A DNA stretch of 58,729 nt from Bacillota bacterium (GTDB taxonomy: Bacteria; Bacillota; Clostridia; Christensenellales; CAG-917): contig JBNMJA010000001.1 of NCBI GenBank assembly GCA_050873585.1, forward strand, positions 1 through 58,729, read 5' to 3'. Position 1 is the stretch's first letter. Each line of letters starts with the position of its first letter. Position numbers and translations under genes: made by a program. Below, piece after piece: positions 44,415-53,740 of the stretch. The notes below the pieces were generated by a model. That model did no database searches. It was not told where the DNA came from and saw nothing but the letters and a program-made list of their open reading frames with translations.

Positions 44415-45110
44415 ATGAGTTTCAACATTTTGCTTGCAGAGGACGACGAGGATATAGTCAAACTGCTCAAACTCTATCTTGAAAACGAGGGGTTTAACAC
44501 CTTTTGGGCAAAGGACGGCGTGGAAGCGACGGAGATTTTCGACAAAGAGAAAATCGACCTTGCGCTCGTCGATATAATGATGCCCCGAATGAACGGCTAC
44601 GAACTCACCAAGTACGTTCGTCAAAAAAGCAATATTCCCATCATCATCTTGTCGGCGGCGCAACTCGACAGCGACAAAATTCTCGGGTTGAATCTCGGCG
44701 CGGACGATTATATGGTCAAACCGTTCAATCCGCTCGAACTCGTTGCGCGCATCAATGCAAACCTTCGCCGTTTCTACAAACTCGGCAATGCGCAAGAGGA
44801 GAGCGACGGCAAAATCACCATCGGAGAACTCACGCTTGACACGAATATGCTCACTCTCGAAAAGAGAGGCGTACCCGTCAATCTCACCGCAACGGAATAC
44901 AAAATTCTGCTTATGCTCATGAAGTCGCCGGGCAGGGTTTTCACCAAGATGCAGATATACGAAGAGGTCAACGGCGACTACTACGCAAATGACGACAACA
45001 CCATGATGGTACACATCTCAAATCTTCGCGACAAGATCGAGGACGACCCCAAAAATCCTCGATACATAAAAACGTTAAGAGGGCTCGGATACAAGGTTGA
45101 AAAACAATAA
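44415..45110 (+). CDS. OmpR/PhoB-family response regulator
   Basis: The receiver domain reads LLAEDDE...DLALVDIMMPRMNG. The winged-helix output domain reads LTATEYKILLMLMKSPGRVF...IKTLRGLGYK. Confidence 0.92.
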   Translation: MSFNILLAEDDEDIVKLLKLYLENEGFNTFWAKDGVEATEIFDKEKIDLALVDIMMPRMNGYELTKYVRQKSNIPIIILSAAQLDSDKILGLNLGADDYMVKPFNPLELVARINANLRRFYKLGNAQEESDGKITIGELTLDTNMLTLEKRGVPVNLTATEYKILLMLMKSPGRVFTKMQIYEEVNGDYYANDDNTMMVHISNLRDKIEDDPKNPRYIKTLRGLGYKVEKQ

Positions 45111-46815
45111 CTTTGCACAACCTGACGATTATACGGTGCAAAACGGCGCTTCAAGTGCCGATTCGGACGATGATCGCAACAAAAAAACGGGGCGTGGAAA
45201 TCACGGAATCCACCCCCGCATTGACAACGCAAGTTTTCTTGCGTTGCTTATTCGCAGTTTTGTATCATTCTCGCTCATCATCATTTTGGGCGTTATTCTC
45301 ATATTCACACTGGCAAACTGGGCTTTCTCAAAAGACGGTATCAACTTAAGACAAAAGGATATTCCCGACTATAAATCTCAGCTCGAAAGCGGCAATTATT
45401 CAAAAATCCCGGCGAGAAAAATCCTCGGCGACAGCGGCTGGTTCGAAGTGGTTTCTTCAAGCGGCGAAGTCGTTTATTCGACTCTTGCGCAGAAAAACGA
45501 GTATACGCTCGGCGAACTCGACTGCATCGCGCGCTACAACGTATCCGAAACGCGTGCCGTACACAATTTCAAACTTGCAACCAACAAATACAATTATCTC
45601 ATCACCATAAGTTATCGTGACAGCGAGGGCAATCCTCAAGAACGTTATTATCTTTTGAGCAAGAGCGACGAGAACGTTTATAGCATCGTATCTTCGTCCA
45701 TTTCCACAACCAGAACGTCGTTCACGCAAAAGGAATACGATTACCTCACGTACAACGCAACCCACGGCGAGCAAACGCTTTTCAAGTTTTCCTTCGAGGG
45801 TGCGGACGGTGAAGATTATTATGCGGTTTTCAATGCCGAAAAGCGAAACAACAGCGCAGTGACTTATCTGTTTGTCATCGTAGTGGCGTTGTGCATCCTT
45901 GCGCTGTTTGCAACGGTTATGGTGTTTTATATCCGCTATATCAACAAGCACGTTCAAAAACCGCTTGCCACGCTTTCGCAGGCAATGACCACCTTCCCGA
46001 CGCAAGAGAAGCATAATCACCTTGACTACAAAGGCTCGAAGGAATTCGAGCATCTCTACGACAGTTTCAACGAAATGGTAGATATTCTCGACGCGAGCGA
46101 GGAGCAAAGGCTTATGCTCGAAGGCGACAAACAGCGTATGCTTGCAGGTCTTTCGCACGATCTCAAAACGCCCGTCACCATTATACAGGGCTTCGCGAAA
46201 GCGATAAAAGACGGACTTGTGAGCGAAGAGGACAAGCAAAAATATTTGCAGATAATTCTTACCAAATCCGATCAGATGGCGGATTTGATAAATCAGTTTT
46301 ACGAGTACAACAAACTCGAGCATCCCGATTTCGCGCTTGACAAAAAGCCGTGCGACGTTGCCGAACTTGCAAGAACTTTCCTTGCCGACATATACGACGA
46401 ATTCGAGCTCCAAGGCTACAATCTCGACGCGCAGATATGCGAAGAAAGGCTTGTTTGCGACGTGGACAAAGGACAACTTTTGCGAGTGTTTGAAAATCTC
46501 ACGAGCAATTTCTTCAAGTATACTCCGCAAGGCTCGACGTTGCGTTTCGGCGTGCAAAGAGAGGACGACAAAGTCAAAATTTCTCTTGCCGACAACGGTC
46601 CCGGCATAAACGAAGAATCCAAGGCGGACGTGTTCGAGGCATTCGTGGTGGGTGAGAAATCCCGCAATAAGCAAGGCTCGGGATTAGGGCTTGCCGTGTG
46701 CAAAAAAATCGTCACTATGCACGGCGGCACGATTGAACTCGCAAAAGAGCCTATCGAAGGTTTCACGACGGAATTCGACGTGACTCTTCTTCTCAAAGAG
46801 GACGCGGCGCTATGA
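45097..46815 (+). CDS. Sensor histidine kinase (two TM segments, extracytoplasmic loop, HisKA + HATPase_c)
   Basis: The H-box is LAGLSHDLKTPVT, the N-box is FENLTSNFFKY, G1 is DNGPGI and G2 is GSGLGLAV. A TTG start overlaps the regulator gene. Confidence 0.88.
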   Translation: MKNNNFAQPDDYTVQNGASSADSDDDRNKKTGRGNHGIHPRIDNASFLALLIRSFVSFSLIIILGVILIFTLANWAFSKDGINLRQKDIPDYKSQLESGNYSKIPARKILGDSGWFEVVSSSGEVVYSTLAQKNEYTLGELDCIARYNVSETRAVHNFKLATNKYNYLITISYRDSEGNPQERYYLLSKSDENVYSIVSSSISTTRTSFTQKEYDYLTYNATHGEQTLFKFSFEGADGEDYYAVFNAEKRNNSAVTYLFVIVVALCILALFATVMVFYIRYINKHVQKPLATLSQAMTTFPTQEKHNHLDYKGSKEFEHLYDSFNEMVDILDASEEQRLMLEGDKQRMLAGLSHDLKTPVTIIQGFAKAIKDGLVSEEDKQKYLQIILTKSDQMADLINQFYEYNKLEHPDFALDKKPCDVAELARTFLADIYDEFELQGYNLDAQICEERLVCDVDKGQLLRVFENLTSNFFKYTPQGSTLRFGVQREDDKVKISLADNGPGINEESKADVFEAFVVGEKSRNKQGSGLGLAVCKKIVTMHGGTIELAKEPIEGFTTEFDVTLLLKEDAAL

Positions 46816-47588
46816 GATTTGAGGCGAAAACGTTTGCAAAACTCAATCTTTCGCTTGCGGTGACGGGCAAGAGAGGCAATCTTCACACTCTCGATATGAT
46901 AATGTACCCGTATGAAAAATACGCCGACAGAGTGTCGTTTTATCCCGTTGACGGAACGGATAGTTTTGAAATCGATATTGTCGGCGGTTTCGACGGTCTT
47001 GACGAAAAAAGATTCTTGGATTTCGCAAGCGACAAACTCAACGCCGTCGCAAAAGAGTTTTCGATCGGCGGCAAACTTGAAATTTTCAAAGGTATACCTC
47101 TCGGCGCAGGACTGGGCGGCTCTTCCGCAACCGTCGCTTGCGCGGTGAAAGTCGCAAAGGAATATTTGCTCTCAAAAGGTCAAAACATCCGTTTAGATAT
47201 GCGTTTTTTGTTGTCTTTGGGCAGCGACGTTCCGTATATGATTCAGGGCGGAGCGTGCAGAGTATCGGGTGTAGGCGAGATTCTTGAGCCGTTGCCGTAC
47301 GAGGGTAGAATCGACGTCGAAGAGATTATTGCGAAAGGCGGAAGCGACAGCGGAAAATGCTATGAAGCATACGATGAAATTCACGAAGGCGATTACGATT
47401 CGCAAAACGTGCCTGCAAGCGTAAACGAGGCGTTGAGGGTTCTTCGCAACGACCTTTTCGAGCCTGCGTGCGCTTTGAATCCGCAAATAAAGAGCGCGTA
47501 CGACGAGTTGAAAAGCAAGGGATTCGACAAGGTGCTTATGTCGGGAAGCGGAAGCACGGTTTTTGCAATAAAGGGTTTCGTCGAATAA
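46812..47588 (+). CDS. ispE: 4-diphosphocytidyl-2-C-methyl-D-erythritol kinase
   Basis: The N-terminus KLNLSLAVTGKR and the GHMP motif IPLGAGLGGSSATVA are present, in 258 aa. Confidence 0.82.
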   Translation: MRFEAKTFAKLNLSLAVTGKRGNLHTLDMIMYPYEKYADRVSFYPVDGTDSFEIDIVGGFDGLDEKRFLDFASDKLNAVAKEFSIGGKLEIFKGIPLGAGLGGSSATVACAVKVAKEYLLSKGQNIRLDMRFLLSLGSDVPYMIQGGACRVSGVGEILEPLPYEGRIDVEEIIAKGGSDSGKCYEAYDEIHEGDYDSQNVPASVNEALRVLRNDLFEPACALNPQIKSAYDELKSKGFDKVLMSGSGSTVFAIKGFVE

Positions 47589-47688
47589 AAACGTTACAAA
47601 AACACGAAATAAAATTCATTTTTTTACATTTTCCACAAAAAATTCATTACAAATTTTGCATTTTTGCAAAAAATATATTGATTTGCTC

Positions 47689-47717
47689 TTGTATGCGCGC
47701 GCGATTTTTGTTACAAT
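47689..47717 (+). promoter_or_regulatory. Candidate sigma-A promoter of the glg operon (TTGTAT-17-TACAAT, TG-extended)
   Basis: TTGTAT lies at 47689-47694, followed by a 17-nt spacer ending TGT and TACAAT at 47712-47717. Confidence 0.5.
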
Positions 47718-47777
47718 ATCCGTAAATAAGATTAAAAGTATATCCATACGATAAGGGATTTGCTTTCGGAGATTGAA

Positions 47778-49670
47778 ATGGCAAAACAAAAAGACAGTTA
47801 TGCAAGTTATTTGTTCCACGAAGGAACGAATTATCAGGCGCATAAAATGTTCTCGCCCGCACCGAGTTCGGAAGACGGAGTTGACGGTTGGGATTTCGCC
47901 GTATGGGCGCCCAACGCTTCGTCGGTATCGGTCGTGGGCGATTTCAACGGATGGGACGTGAACGCAAACCGTATGCAAAAGCAGGACGACGGTGTGTGGA
48001 CGACCTTCGTTGCGGGCGCAACTCAATTTCAGGCGTACAAATACGCAATCACTTCCGAGCACGGAGAAACGGTATACAAGTGCGACCCTTACGGTCTGCA
48101 TTTCGAAACCGCACCTGCCAACGCATCAAAACTTTACGACCTTTCGGGCTATCGTTGGAAGGACAAAAAGTGGATGAGAGAGAGGGAAAACTTCAATCCG
48201 TATGGCTCGCCTATCAATATTTACGAAATCCATTTCGGTTCTTGGAAGAAGTATTCGGACGGCAACTATATCAATTACAGCGCAATGGCTGACGAACTCA
48301 TCCCGTACGTCAAAAAGATGGGCTACACGCACATCGAGGTTATGCCGTTGACGGAATATCCCTTTGACGGAAGTTGGGGTTATCAGACCACGGGCATGTT
48401 TGCTCCGACGTCGCGTTACGGCACGCCCAAGGATTTGATGGAATTCATCGATCGTTGTCACAGAGCCGGCATCGGTATAATTCTCGACTGGGTGCTTGCG
48501 CATTTCCCGCGCGACGAGCAAGGACTGCGTCTTTTCGACGGCACCCCGCTTTACGAGTACGCCGATCCGCGCAAGGGCGAGCATAAAGAGTGGGGCACGA
48601 TGGTTTACGATTTCGGCAAAAACGAAGTCAAATCTTTCCTCATTTCGGCGGCAATGTTCTGGTTTGACGTTTATCATATCGACGGAATCCGTTGCGACGC
48701 GGTTGCGAGCATGCTATATCTCGATTACGGCAGAAAGGACGGAGAGTGGGCGCCCAACCAATACGGCGGCAATTATAATCTCGAAGCGAAGGACTTTTTG
48801 AAGCAGATGAACACCGCGATTCTTTCAAAGTATCACGGCGCGCTCACGATTGCCGAGGAAAGCACGGCTTATCCGATGATAACCAAGCCTGCCTACGAAG
48901 GCGGACTCGGCTTCAATTTCAAGTGGAATATGGGGTGGATGAACGACAGTTTGCATTATCTGTCGCTCGACCCGTTCTTCAGAAAGGACAACCACAACAA
49001 TCTTACTTTTGCAATCACGTACGCTTATAGCGAAAACTACATTCTTCCCATCTCTCACGACGAGGTCGTACACGGCAAATGCAGTATGATCAACAAAGTG
49101 CCGGGCGATTACGATCAGAAGTTTGAAGGGCTCAAAGCGTTTTACGGCTTTATGATGGGGCATCCCGGCAAAAAACTCAACTTTATGGGCAACGAGTTTG
49201 CGCAGTTCATCGAGTGGAATTACGCCCAACAACTCGACTGGTTCTTGCTCGATTATCCCCGCCATCGCACCTTCCAGAAGTTTATGAAGGACCTCAACGC
49301 TTTTTATCTCGAAAACAAGGCAATGTGGCAACTCGACTGCACTTACGACGGGTTCAAGTGGATAGTCGTGGACGACAACTCGCAAAATGTCGTATCTTTC
49401 ATTCGCAAGGCGGCGGACGGCGAATACGTCATTTGCGTTGTCAATTTCTCACCCGTGGAAAGGCTCAAATACGTTATGGGCGTACCCGAAGGCGTGACGT
49501 ACAGGGCGGATCTGTACTCCGCGCTCAAAAAGTACGGCGGCGAAGAAGAAAGACGTCCCTCGTTCAGAGCGAGCGCGAAGCCCTCGCACGGTTATCCGTA
49601 TTCAATCAAAGTCAATATTCCCAAAAACTCTGTTATGTTTTTGAAGCCGGAATATAAGGAGGAAAAATAA
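47778..49670 (+). CDS. glgB: 1,4-alpha-glucan branching enzyme
   Basis: GH13 regions are present: DWVLAHF, GIRCDAVASMLY, TIAEEST and SHDEV. ATG 47778 follows GGAG. Confidence 0.93.
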   Translation: MAKQKDSYASYLFHEGTNYQAHKMFSPAPSSEDGVDGWDFAVWAPNASSVSVVGDFNGWDVNANRMQKQDDGVWTTFVAGATQFQAYKYAITSEHGETVYKCDPYGLHFETAPANASKLYDLSGYRWKDKKWMRERENFNPYGSPINIYEIHFGSWKKYSDGNYINYSAMADELIPYVKKMGYTHIEVMPLTEYPFDGSWGYQTTGMFAPTSRYGTPKDLMEFIDRCHRAGIGIILDWVLAHFPRDEQGLRLFDGTPLYEYADPRKGEHKEWGTMVYDFGKNEVKSFLISAAMFWFDVYHIDGIRCDAVASMLYLDYGRKDGEWAPNQYGGNYNLEAKDFLKQMNTAILSKYHGALTIAEESTAYPMITKPAYEGGLGFNFKWNMGWMNDSLHYLSLDPFFRKDNHNNLTFAITYAYSENYILPISHDEVVHGKCSMINKVPGDYDQKFEGLKAFYGFMMGHPGKKLNFMGNEFAQFIEWNYAQQLDWFLLDYPRHRTFQKFMKDLNAFYLENKAMWQLDCTYDGFKWIVVDDNSQNVVSFIRKAADGEYVICVVNFSPVERLKYVMGVPEGVTYRADLYSALKKYGGEEERRPSFRASAKPSHGYPYSIKVNIPKNSVMFLKPEYKEEK

Positions 49671-50867
49671 ATGAGCAAAATTTCCAAAAAGGAATGTATC
49701 GCAATGCTTCTTGCAGGCGGACAGGGTACGCGCCTGGGCGTGCTGACCTCTTCGGTTGCAAAGCCGGCAGTGCCGTTCGGCGCGAAGTACCGCATCATCG
49801 ATTTTCCGCTTTCCAACAGCATAAACAGCGGCATCGATACCATCGGCGTGCTTACGCAGTATCGTCCCTTTGAACTTCATCAATACATCGGCAACGGGCA
49901 GCCGTGGGACTTGGACAGACTCAGCGGCGGCATCTACGTTTTGCCTCCGTATATGGGAGCGAAGTCGGGCGAGTGGTACAAGGGCACCGCAAACGCGATT
50001 TACCAAAACATAGACTTTATCGACAACTATAGCCCTGATTACGTAGTGATTCTGAGCGGTGACCATATCTACAAGATGGATTATCACGATATGCTCAAAG
50101 AACACAAACGCAACAATGCGGATTGCACCATAGCGGTTCGTGACGTGCCAATCGAAGAGGCGAGCAGATTCGGTATTCTCAATCTCAAAAAGAACAGCAA
50201 GCAGATTGAGGAATTCGAGGAAAAGCCCAAAAATCCCAGAAGCACCAAGGCGTCGATGGGCATCTATATCTTCACGTGGGAGAAACTCCGCAAATATCTC
50301 GTCGAGGACGAAAACGACAAGCAGAGCGAAAACGATTTCGGCAAAAACATCATTCCCAAGATGCTTGCCGACGGACAGAGAATGTACGCTTATCAATTCG
50401 ACGGCTATTGGAAGGACGTGGGAACGATATCTTCTTTGTGGGAAGCGAATATGGATGTTCTTAAGGGCGAGGAATTGCATCTTGACGACGATAAATGGAA
50501 GATTTACGCGCGAAACAACGCCGAGCCGCCACACTACGTCGCTCCGACGGGCAACGTCATCAATTGCCTTGTCAGTGAAGGTACGGTTATCAACGGCACG
50601 GTCAAAAACAGCATAATCTCCAACTCGGTCAAAATCGGCAAAGACGCGTATATCGAAGAGTCGGTCATCATGCCCGGCGCTGTCATCGAGGACGGTGCGG
50701 ACATTAGATATTCTATCGTCGGCTGGAATGCGACCGTGGGCAAGAACTCTATGGTCGGCGAAACGCTCGATCATTGCAACCCCGGCGAGTGGAAGATAAG
50801 CGTAATCGCACCCAACTACACTCTTGCGCCCAACTCCGTTGTCGGCGCAAACGAAATGATAGGTTAA
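49671..50867 (+). CDS. glgC: Glucose-1-phosphate adenylyltransferase catalytic subunit
   Basis: [37 protein letters not shown] is present, with a C-terminal left-handed beta-helix repeat. Confidence 0.93.
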   Translation: MSKISKKECIAMLLAGGQGTRLGVLTSSVAKPAVPFGAKYRIIDFPLSNSINSGIDTIGVLTQYRPFELHQYIGNGQPWDLDRLSGGIYVLPPYMGAKSGEWYKGTANAIYQNIDFIDNYSPDYVVILSGDHIYKMDYHDMLKEHKRNNADCTIAVRDVPIEEASRFGILNLKKNSKQIEEFEEKPKNPRSTKASMGIYIFTWEKLRKYLVEDENDKQSENDFGKNIIPKMLADGQRMYAYQFDGYWKDVGTISSLWEANMDVLKGEELHLDDDKWKIYARNNAEPPHYVAPTGNVINCLVSEGTVINGTVKNSIISNSVKIGKDAYIEESVIMPGAVIEDGADIRYSIVGWNATVGKNSMVGETLDHCNPGEWKISVIAPNYTLAPNSVVGANEMIG

Positions 50868-50880
50868 GGAGGGGAATAAT

Positions 50881-51996
50881 ATGAAAAACAATACGATGGG
50901 CGTTTTGTTCGCATCCGATCCGGACAGCCATCTCAACGATTTGACGATTCATCGCACCACGGCATCGTTGCCGTTTGGCGGAAGATATCGTCTTATAGAC
51001 TTCACTTTGTCCAACCTCGTGCACGCCAACATCACCACGATAGGCATCGTCACGCGCAACAATTACAACTCTCTTATGGACCATCTCCGTATGGGCAGAG
51101 ATTGGGACTTGAACAGAAAAAACAGCGGCTTGACGTTGTTCCCTCCGTTTGCGTTCAACAGTGAGCACAAGGTGTACAAGGGCAAAATCGAAGCGTTGTT
51201 CAACCTGCGCGGTTACCTTATGAACAACAACGAGGAGTACGTGGTCATTTCCAACACGAATATTGCGTACAATATCGATTTTGACGAGGTTGAGGCGTTC
51301 CATATTGAAAAGGGCGCAGACATCACGGTTTTGACCTACAACACCGACGACGTCACACCCAGAAAACTCGTCATCTCGTCCGACAAGAATCATCGCATCA
51401 CGGATATGCGTTACGCAGTGGCAAGCGACACGGGCAAGCAACAATGCAATCTCAACATATACTTTGTCAAAAAGGATTTGCTCATTTCCCTCGTTGACAA
51501 CGCCTATGCACACGGTTGCTACGATTTTGAAAAGGATATCCTTCAAGAAAACTTGTCCGACTTGTACATTATGAACTACGAAGTAAAGGAATACGTTGCC
51601 GTCATCGACCGTATCCCCACCTACTTCAAGCGCAGCATGGAGCTGCTCAAACCCGAAGTGAGAGAGCAACTCTTCTACAAACACTCCACAATTCTCACCA
51701 AGGTCAAAGACAGCGTACCCGCAAGGTATAAAGAGGGCGCAAACGTCAAAAATTCCATCATAGCCGATGGTTGTGTCATCGACGGTACCGTTGAAAACTC
51801 AATTCTTTTCCGTTCCGTCAAGGTCGGCAAAGGCGCCGTCATTCGCAACTCCATCGTCATGGAAGACACCATCGTTATGGAAAACGCGTCTCTTGACTAC
51901 ACCATCACCGACAAAGACGTCATCATTCAGCCGGGCAGAGTGTTGAGCGGGTATGAGACTTATCCTATGGTGGTTGTCAAAGGCAAAGTAATTTAA
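50881..51996 (+). CDS. glgD: Glucose-1-phosphate adenylyltransferase regulatory subunit GlgD
   Basis: It is a paralog of GlgC that lacks the GxGxRL motif (FGGRYRLIDFTLSN). It occupies the Firmicute glgC-glgD position. Confidence 0.88.
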   Translation: MKNNTMGVLFASDPDSHLNDLTIHRTTASLPFGGRYRLIDFTLSNLVHANITTIGIVTRNNYNSLMDHLRMGRDWDLNRKNSGLTLFPPFAFNSEHKVYKGKIEALFNLRGYLMNNNEEYVVISNTNIAYNIDFDEVEAFHIEKGADITVLTYNTDDVTPRKLVISSDKNHRITDMRYAVASDTGKQQCNLNIYFVKKDLLISLVDNAYAHGCYDFEKDILQENLSDLYIMNYEVKEYVAVIDRIPTYFKRSMELLKPEVREQLFYKHSTILTKVKDSVPARYKEGANVKNSIIADGCVIDGTVENSILFRSVKVGKGAVIRNSIVMEDTIVMENASLDYTITDKDVIIQPGRVLSGYETYPMVVVKGKVI

Positions 51997-52114
51997 TTGC
52001 GCTATTTGGCGTGATACTGCGTCAGCGCGTCTTGCTCATCAATTCACGTACACTCAAGTACGTTGGGATTGCTGTTCAAGCCACACTTCCTTGTCTGACG
52101 CGCAAATATCGCGC
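51997..52114 (+). repeat. Palindromic element (apex variant A) starting right after the glgD stop codon
   Basis: It reads GCGCTATTTGGCGTGATACTGCGTCAGCGCG ... apex TCACGTACACTCAAGTACGT ... CTTCCTTGTCTGACGCGCAAATATCGCGC. Confidence 0.8.
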
Positions 52115-52220
52115 TCAAATAAATAACTTAAACTCACTATATATAAGGCTTCGCCTTTCTCAATTATTAATTATTAATTAATAATTATTAATTAAAAAAA
52201 CTCCCACTCAGGAGGGATTT

Positions 52221-53645
52221 ATGAAAATACTATTTGTTGCATCAGAAGCAATGCCGTTCGTTCGCTCGGGCGGACTCGGTGACGTTGCAGGCGCACTGCC
52301 AAAGGCTTTGAACGCCCAAGGACACGATTGCAGAGTCATCATTCCTTTTTACAAAGAGGAAATCAAAGAAAATTTCCGCGATACGTTCAGATTCGTGGCG
52401 TCAACGTTTGTGGATTTGAGTTGGCGTAAACAATACTGCGGGGTGTACGAGGCGGTATACGACGGTGTGACGTATTATTTCGTTGACAACGAGTATTACT
52501 TCAAGCGCAAAGGACTTTACGGCCACTTTGATGACGGCGAGCGTTTTGCGTTCTTCTCCAAGGCGGTTCTCGAGGTTCTGCCGCTCATCGATTTCTATCC
52601 GGACGTGCTTCACGCCAATGATTGGCACACCGCGCTTACGCCGGTATTCCTTGACGTGTTCTATCGTTTCAACGACGATTATCAGCGCATAAAGACCGTG
52701 TTCACCATTCACAACATAGAGTTCCAAGGCAAGTACGGCGACAATCTCATCGGAGATATTCTCGGTTTGCCGGACTGGGCGCGTCCGCTCGTGATGAACG
52801 GCGATTGCGTAAACTATATGAAGGGCGGTATAGAGTCTTCCAACGCAGTCACCACCGTCAGCGAAACGTATGCGCAAGAGATCCTCGACCCGTTCTATTC
52901 CTACGGACTCGAGGGCATACTCTCCAATCGTCGCTTCAAACTTCACGGAGTCGTCAACGGCATAGATCAAACCGTTTATAACCCCAAGACGGACAAAAAA
53001 CTGTTTGAAAACTACACCGTCAAAAACTACGCCGCGAAGAAAGCGCAAAACAAGAAGGCGCTTTGCGAAATGATAAATCTGCCTTACGACGAGAATCGTC
53101 CGCTCATTGCCATGGTGACGAGACTCACAGAGCAGAAAGGGCTCGATCTCGTAGGTACGGTCATCGATGACGTTATGAGAGCAGACGTACAAGTCGTTGT
53201 GCTCGGCACGGGCGACTGGAAGTATGAGAACATGATAAAGTCGGTCGAAGAGCGTCACCCCAATAAATTCAGAGCGATACTCGCATTTTCGAGCGACCTT
53301 GCAAGCAAACTTTACGCGGCGAGCGACATATTCCTTATGCCGTCCAAGTTTGAGCCGTGCGGATTGTCGCAACTCATCGCAATGAAGTACGGTTCGGTGC
53401 CCGTCGTGCGTGAAACGGGCGGCTTGAAAGACACGGTTCCCGCATACAATCCCGAAACGGGCGAGGGCAAAGGTTTCACTTTCAAGACATACAACGCATA
53501 CGATATGCTTGACGCGATCTGGCGCGCATACGCAACCTACAACGACAAGGACAACTGGGACAAGATCGTCAAAAACGATATGAATTCCGATTTTGGCTGG
53601 GACGTGAGCGCAAAGAAGTATATCGACATCTATCAAAGTCTGTAA
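52221..53645 (+). CDS. glgA: Glycogen synthase (ADP-glucose type)
   Basis: MKILFVASEAMPFVRSGGLGDVAGALPKAL is present. The GT5 C-terminal motifs are PSKFEPCGLSQL and VRETGGLKDTV. Confidence 0.95.
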   Translation: MKILFVASEAMPFVRSGGLGDVAGALPKALNAQGHDCRVIIPFYKEEIKENFRDTFRFVASTFVDLSWRKQYCGVYEAVYDGVTYYFVDNEYYFKRKGLYGHFDDGERFAFFSKAVLEVLPLIDFYPDVLHANDWHTALTPVFLDVFYRFNDDYQRIKTVFTIHNIEFQGKYGDNLIGDILGLPDWARPLVMNGDCVNYMKGGIESSNAVTTVSETYAQEILDPFYSYGLEGILSNRRFKLHGVVNGIDQTVYNPKTDKKLFENYTVKNYAAKKAQNKKALCEMINLPYDENRPLIAMVTRLTEQKGLDLVGTVIDDVMRADVQVVVLGTGDWKYENMIKSVEERHPNKFRAILAFSSDLASKLYAASDIFLMPSKFEPCGLSQLIAMKYGSVPVVRETGGLKDTVPAYNPETGEGKGFTFKTYNAYDMLDAIWRAYATYNDKDNWDKIVKNDMNSDFGWDVSAKKYIDIYQSL

Positions 53646-53740
53646 GAATCAACCGTCGCAAACCAACCAATCGATAAGCGGCGAAAAAAATAAAAACTAA
53701 TTATCTTTCGTCCGGGGGAAAGCGGAAGGAAGGAAAGGAT

